DNA of 62,031 nucleotides, taken from contig JBDREN010000100.1 of NCBI GenBank assembly GCA_043819795.1, forward strand, positions 1-62,031, in the 5' to 3' direction. This DNA is from Elusimicrobiota bacterium (GTDB lineage: Bacteria; Elusimicrobiota; Elusimicrobia; UBA1565). The position numbers and the translations under genes are program-made. The notes beneath the pieces were generated by a model. It was given only the letters and a program-made list of their open reading frames with translations. It was not told the origin of the DNA and ran no database searches. How positions within the stretch are numbered: position 1 is the stretch's first letter; every line of letters begins with the position of its first letter. Below are positions 57,594-62,031 of this stretch, one piece after another.

Positions 57594-58868
57594 TCACGGC
57601 TCCCCTCCCCGGTCGAGCACGGCGCGCAGCGCGTATCCCCCCGCCAGAAGGACCGTCGAACCCAGGACCTCGCGCGGGCCCACCTGGGAGATCAGACACA
57701 CGGAGATCAGGCACCCCGCGGGGACGATGCCCCGCGCCCAGGGCATGCGGTAGGGGCGCGGCGCCTGGGGCCGCCGCACGCGCAAGGCCGCCAACGCCAG
57801 GCAGGAGGCGAGATACTGGCTCACGACCGCCAGATTGGAGAGGTCTATGAGCCGCCCGAAGTCGAAGGCGAGCGCCAGCAGCACCGCCGTCCCGGTCGTC
57901 GCGAGGATGGACCGGTGCGGGGTCTTGAAGCGAGCGTGCACGGCCCCCAGTCCCCAGCGGAGGAGGGACCTTTCCCCGAGCGCCGACAGGTAGCGCGGCG
58001 CGCCCAGAGCGGCGCCGGCGATGAACCCGAGCATCGAGACCACCCCGCCGACCGCCAGCAGCCCGCCCCCCCAGGAGCCCATGAAATGGGCCGCCGCGTC
58101 CGCCAGCGGACGCTCGCTGCTGCCGGCGAGCCCCGGATAGGCGCCCACAGCCACGGCCTGGATCAGCGTGTAGAGAACGGCCGCCGTCACGAGCGAGCCC
58201 ACGACCGCCCGCGGGACGTCGCGCTGGGGGCATTCGGTTTCGCCCGCCGGGATAGCGACGACCTCGAAGCCCTGCAGCGCCCACAACGCCAGGAACACCG
58301 CGTAGCCGAAGCGCATCTCGCCCGAGAAAAGAGGCGCGTAGCGTCCGGGCGAGACGGAGGACAGGCCCGCGATGACGAAGAGCAGAAGCGGCAGGACCTT
58401 CGCCGCCGTCAGGAAGTCCACGGTCCACGCCCCCGGCTTCACCCCCCGGTAATTGACGGCCCCGAAAACGACCAAGCCGCCCGCCGCCACCGCCTTTCTG
58501 ACCGCCGGCGCGTCGAAGAAGGGATGGAAGAATCCGAGATGCCCGGCCAGGATGGAAGCGACCGCGGCCCAGCTTAGCACGGCCGCGGCCCAGGCCACCA
58601 GCCCGACGCCGAAGCCGGCGGTGTCGCCGAAGGCCTCACGCGCGTAGAGGTAGCTGCCCCCGTTTCCCGGGAACATCCCCCCCAGCTCCGCGTAGCAGAG
58701 GGCCACCGTTGTCAGAAGCAGGCCGCAGACCAGGAAGGCGAGTATGGAGGCGGGGCCGGCGAGGGCCGCGAGCGTGCCCGGGAAGAGGAAGATGCCGCTG
58801 CCGATGATCGCGTTGAGGCCGAGGCAGAACACGTCGAGGAAGCTCAGCCGGCGGACGACCTTGACCAT
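57594..58868 (-). CDS. APC-family amino acid permease
   Basis: NAIIGSGIF, YAEL, GGSYLY and GFE, with about 12 TM helices. Confidence 0.92.
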   Translation of the reverse strand: MVKVVRRLSFLDVFCLGLNAIIGSGIFLFPGTLAALAGPASILAFLVCGLLLTTVALCYAELGGMFPGNGGSYLYAREAFGDTAGFGVGLVAWAAAVLSWAAVASILAGHLGFFHPFFDAPAVRKAVAAGGLVVFGAVNYRGVKPGAWTVDFLTAAKVLPLLLFVIAGLSSVSPGRYAPLFSGEMRFGYAVFLALWALQGFEVVAIPAGETECPQRDVPRAVVGSLVTAAVLYTLIQAVAVGAYPGLAGSSERPLADAAAHFMGSWGGGLLAVGGVVSMLGFIAGAALGAPRYLSALGERSLLRWGLGAVHARFKTPHRSILATTGTAVLLALAFDFGRLIDLSNLAVVSQYLASCLALAALRVRRPQAPRPYRMPWARGIVPAGCLISVCLISQVGPREVLGSTVLLAGGYALRAVLDRGGEP

Positions 58869-58899
58869 GCTCCGAAGATTGTATGAAATAACGCCTTAT

Positions 58900-59982
58900 A
58901 TGCCGCCGCGCCCGCACCCCGCCGACAGGATCGTGCTGCACGCCGACATGGACTGCTTCTTCGCGGCCGTGGAGGAGCGGGAGGACCCCTCTCTTCGCGG
59001 AAAGCCGGTCGTGGTGGGCTCAGACCCCAAGGCCGGCCACGGGCGCGGCATCGTCGCCACCGCCAACTACGCGGCGCGCCGCTGCGGGATCCGGAGCGCC
59101 ATGCCCATCTCGACCGCCTACCGCCGGTGCCCGCGCGCCGCGTACCTCAGGCCTCGGCACAAGCTCTACGCCTCGGTCAGCCGCAAGGTCATGGGCATCC
59201 TCGGCGCCCGAGCCGACGTCCTCGAGCAGGTGGGCATCGACGAGGCCTATCTCGACGCCGGAAGCCTGCGCACCTTCGAAGCGGCCCGGGAACTGGCCCG
59301 CACGCTCCAGGCAGAGGTCCTCTCCGCCGAGGGCCTGTCGGTCTCCATCGGGGTCGGCCCCAACAAGCTCGTGGCCAAGATCGCCAGCGACCACAAGAAG
59401 CCCGGAGGGATCACGGTCGTCATCCCCGCCCGCGTGCGGGAGTTCCTCGACCCCAAGCCCGTACGCGTATTGCGCGGCGTGGGGCCCAAGACGGACGCGC
59501 ATCTCGAGGGCATGGGCTACCGGACGGTGGCCCAGCTCCGGGAGGCTTCCGAGCAGCGCCTCGTGGGAGAGTTCGGCAAGTTCGGCGGATACCTTTGGCG
59601 CGAGGCGCGCGGCATGGACGACAGCCCCGTGGACCCCGCCTGGGAAGCCAAGTCCGTGGGCCGCGAGCATACCTTCCCCCAGGACACCGGCGACCTGGAC
59701 GAGGTGCGCGACACCCTGCGCGCCTGCGTGCGGCGCGTGCACCGCGACCTCATGGACGAGGGGCACTGGTGCCATACCCTGACCGTGAAGGTCCGCTTCG
59801 AGGGCTACGAGACCCACTCCAAGCAGACCACGCTCAAGCTCCCCACCGGCGCGCGCGAGCACCTCGAGAGCGGCGCGCTGTCCTTGATCGAGCCCTTCCT
59901 GGCCCGCGGCAAGCGCTTCCGGCTGGTGGGCTTCACCGCGAGCCGTCTCGTGCCGCCGGAGGACCTTCTCCCATTGCGCTAA
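58900..59982 (+). CDS. dinB: DNA polymerase IV
   Basis: HADMDCFFAAVE, ANYAAR, GIDEAYLD and NKLVAKIASD..KPGG. Confidence 0.95.
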   Translation: MPPRPHPADRIVLHADMDCFFAAVEEREDPSLRGKPVVVGSDPKAGHGRGIVATANYAARRCGIRSAMPISTAYRRCPRAAYLRPRHKLYASVSRKVMGILGARADVLEQVGIDEAYLDAGSLRTFEAARELARTLQAEVLSAEGLSVSIGVGPNKLVAKIASDHKKPGGITVVIPARVREFLDPKPVRVLRGVGPKTDAHLEGMGYRTVAQLREASEQRLVGEFGKFGGYLWREARGMDDSPVDPAWEAKSVGREHTFPQDTGDLDEVRDTLRACVRRVHRDLMDEGHWCHTLTVKVRFEGYETHSKQTTLKLPTGAREHLESGALSLIEPFLARGKRFRLVGFTASRLVPPEDLLPLR

Positions 59983-60213
59983 TGGAAAGCGGCGCCTGAC
60001 GGGCTCGGGGGCCCGTCCCAGTCCCTGTCCGGCGGGGACGCGGTCGCCTGAGCGGGCGCCGCTCGGGTCTCGGCGCGCTGTATGCGTATACGCGCCTCCG
60101 ACACGCCCCGCCGTCCGGACCTGGGCCACCCGCCGCCCCGTTGCTCACTGCCCCATGACAAAGCTATCCACAGGATATTCTGCCCACCCGGTTTTGAAGG
60201 GTCCTATCGCGTG

Positions 60214-61647
60214 CTACGTCGCTACTGGCGCCAACGGAGGGGATAGAATCGCCCAGCGAGCCTCTTCGAACAGCCTGAGGAAGGGGTACCTCTCGGGAAT
60301 TTTCAGCACCAAATACCGTGCGCGTTCTTGCACCAGCCCGGCCAACCGGATCAGCCGGAATCTCACCGTCTTGATCGTCAGCGGACGCCAGCTCATGGGC
60401 AGAGCCAGGTGCTTCATCGCCGCAAACACCGTGTTCGCCAACAACGCCACCTGGAAGTAGGCCGCGTTGGCCATCAGTTCACGGCAGGGCAATTTCGACA
60501 ACCCGAAGCCCCCCTGAAGCTCCTTGTTGACGTTCTCGGAGCCATCCTGCCGGTTCCGGTGGAATTGCAGGACCAAGCCCCCCGGCCACGCATTCAGGCT
60601 CGTCAACACCGCATGGTACTCGTACGGCTCTTTGTCGAACAGCTCCCGCTGCTCCTTCGGCCACCTCAGCACGAGAAGACGATGCGCCGGCACGTCTTTC
60701 TCCGTCGTAAACACATGCAGCGTCTCCGCGATATCAGTCTCCCGGTCCGGCCACGCAGCGCTCTCATAGCGCTTCCACGCCTTCCGGGGTATCTCGCTGA
60801 TCGTCTCCAGCACCGCATCGTCTTTCCGGGCCGTGATGGTGAAGTCCGCTCCCGCCGCGTTCAACACCCGCACCACTTTCGCCTGATACCCCGCACTGTC
60901 GGAGCGCACACGTATCTCGATCCCAGGCAACTCCGCCATCACGCGCTTCAACAGCCCGGCCAGATTGGCCATGGGCGAGGCATTCCCCGGCCGGAACAGT
61001 CCCGCCATGGGCATCTTCAGCTCAGCGCATGTCACCGCGACCGGATTGTAGCCCCACTGTCCCTCATAGTTCATTTCAACTTCGGATTTCTGGGACTCAA
61101 CGAAGAAGGCGTCCACATCCAAGATCGCGCTCTTGAGCCCGCATGCTCGAATGACCAGCGCGGCCGCTCTCAGCTGTATCTTGCCCAACCGACACAATGT
61201 CTTGCGGCTGAATCGTCTCAACCATTCGCCCAGCGTATTGGCTGCAGGCATTTCGCCCAACAGGCTCCTCATGCCTTCATCGCCCCGCAGAAGGCTCACG
61301 TCGTCCAATGCGATTCCGCCCGACTGGATGAGGCCCATCAGCGCAAACGCCGACTCTGCCGGCGCGTAACCGCGTTCACGCTTCTTGATCGGCAAGGCGT
61401 TGAGCTGCTCCTCCAATCCCAGGCGCTTGGCCATTCCCAGAAGCAGAGGAAGCCCGGCGAAAGAGGTGACGGCCTGCTTCGTCGTCGAAACTTTGAATTT
61501 TCCGAGATTCTTTATTAACATATGGCGTGCCTCGCGGTACGGTTTGGTCGCTGTCTGCGGGGCACATTCTATTTCTTTCCGGCCGCTCTCGGAAACCTGG
61601 TTTCTCGACTGAAAGGCGCAGAGCGCTCTGCGCCATTCTTTTTTCAC
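60214..61647 (-). mobile_element. IS1380-family (DDE_Tnp_1_4-like) transposase; element ends not resolved
   Basis: TSFAGL, ILDVDA, YNP, FRPGN, VRSDSAGY, ENVNKE, ANAAYF and IKTVRFRLI motifs, with visibly lower GC than flanking genes. Alternative start at ATG 61521. Confidence 0.88.
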
Positions 61648-62031
61648 CGTTTTGGTGAAGGGGGACCCGTCGGGTTCAGCGGATTACCTGATCTTCTGGG
61701 TGATCGCGACTGTTCGATAGTGTCTTTGATAATCCCACACGCGGTCATGAAGCCGGCAAGCGGAGCGAAGCATCTCGGACGACACATCGGCCACGCAGGC
61801 CGAGAAGCTTCTCCCGGCTCGATTTCCATGCGCACTCGGATGCCCATTCTTGGCCCACCTTCCCTTGCGGGGATTGATGTGCCCTATCCCATCCGGCAGC
61901 CAAACTCATGCACCATTTGGGGGGACTATCCGCTATTCCTTCTGCCCGCTTCTATGCTAGGCTCCGATCGATGGCATCTGTAGACAAGATCGCGTCGTAT
62001 TGGCACGGAGTGATCGGTTGGCTCGATGAGC

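Noticed and set aside
60159..60172. CAAAGCTATCCACA as an IS right end or DnaA box
   Set aside because: Only a weak match to the candidate left end near 61680-61692, and a single mismatched DnaA-like box is not meaningful.
61648..62031. Short ORFs upstream of the transposase
   Set aside because: No recognisable motifs, and none has a convincing start or RBS.

Overview
A GC-rich bacterial chromosomal segment, probably from an uncultured lineage. The long signal-peptide-led low-complexity N-termini, the membrane Ser/Thr kinase and the long IspG are reminiscent of Elusimicrobiota, but this is inference only. The left ~1.3 kb looks like a decayed island edge: a frameshifted ankyrin gene, GGTGCAAT direct repeats and a broken tRNA-Thr(CGT). 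It is followed by lpdA, a double-MscS gene and a tightly packed six-gene minus-strand run (DUF4015 hydrolase, DUF885, an unusually permuted ATP-grasp ligase, a SAM methyltransferase, MFS-Aas and an amidohydrolase). Next come a histidine kinase, a Ser/Thr kinase, a hopanoid/isoprenoid operon (shc-hpnH-hpnA-hpnG-ispA-dxs), trmJ/trmL, a complete nqrABCDEF-apbE operon with a displaced nqrM, long-form ispG, orn and yciH. Four tandem secreted proteins then share a PKD plus helical C-terminal module but carry different repeat-built N-termini. The window ends with a degenerate amidohydrolase-DUF962 fusion, an O-methyltransferase, htpG, a dehydratase, a permease, dinB and an IS1380-family transposase. 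The best novelty candidates are the re-permuted ATP-grasp operon and the modular surface-protein array. All family calls are from motif recognition; no database searches were run.
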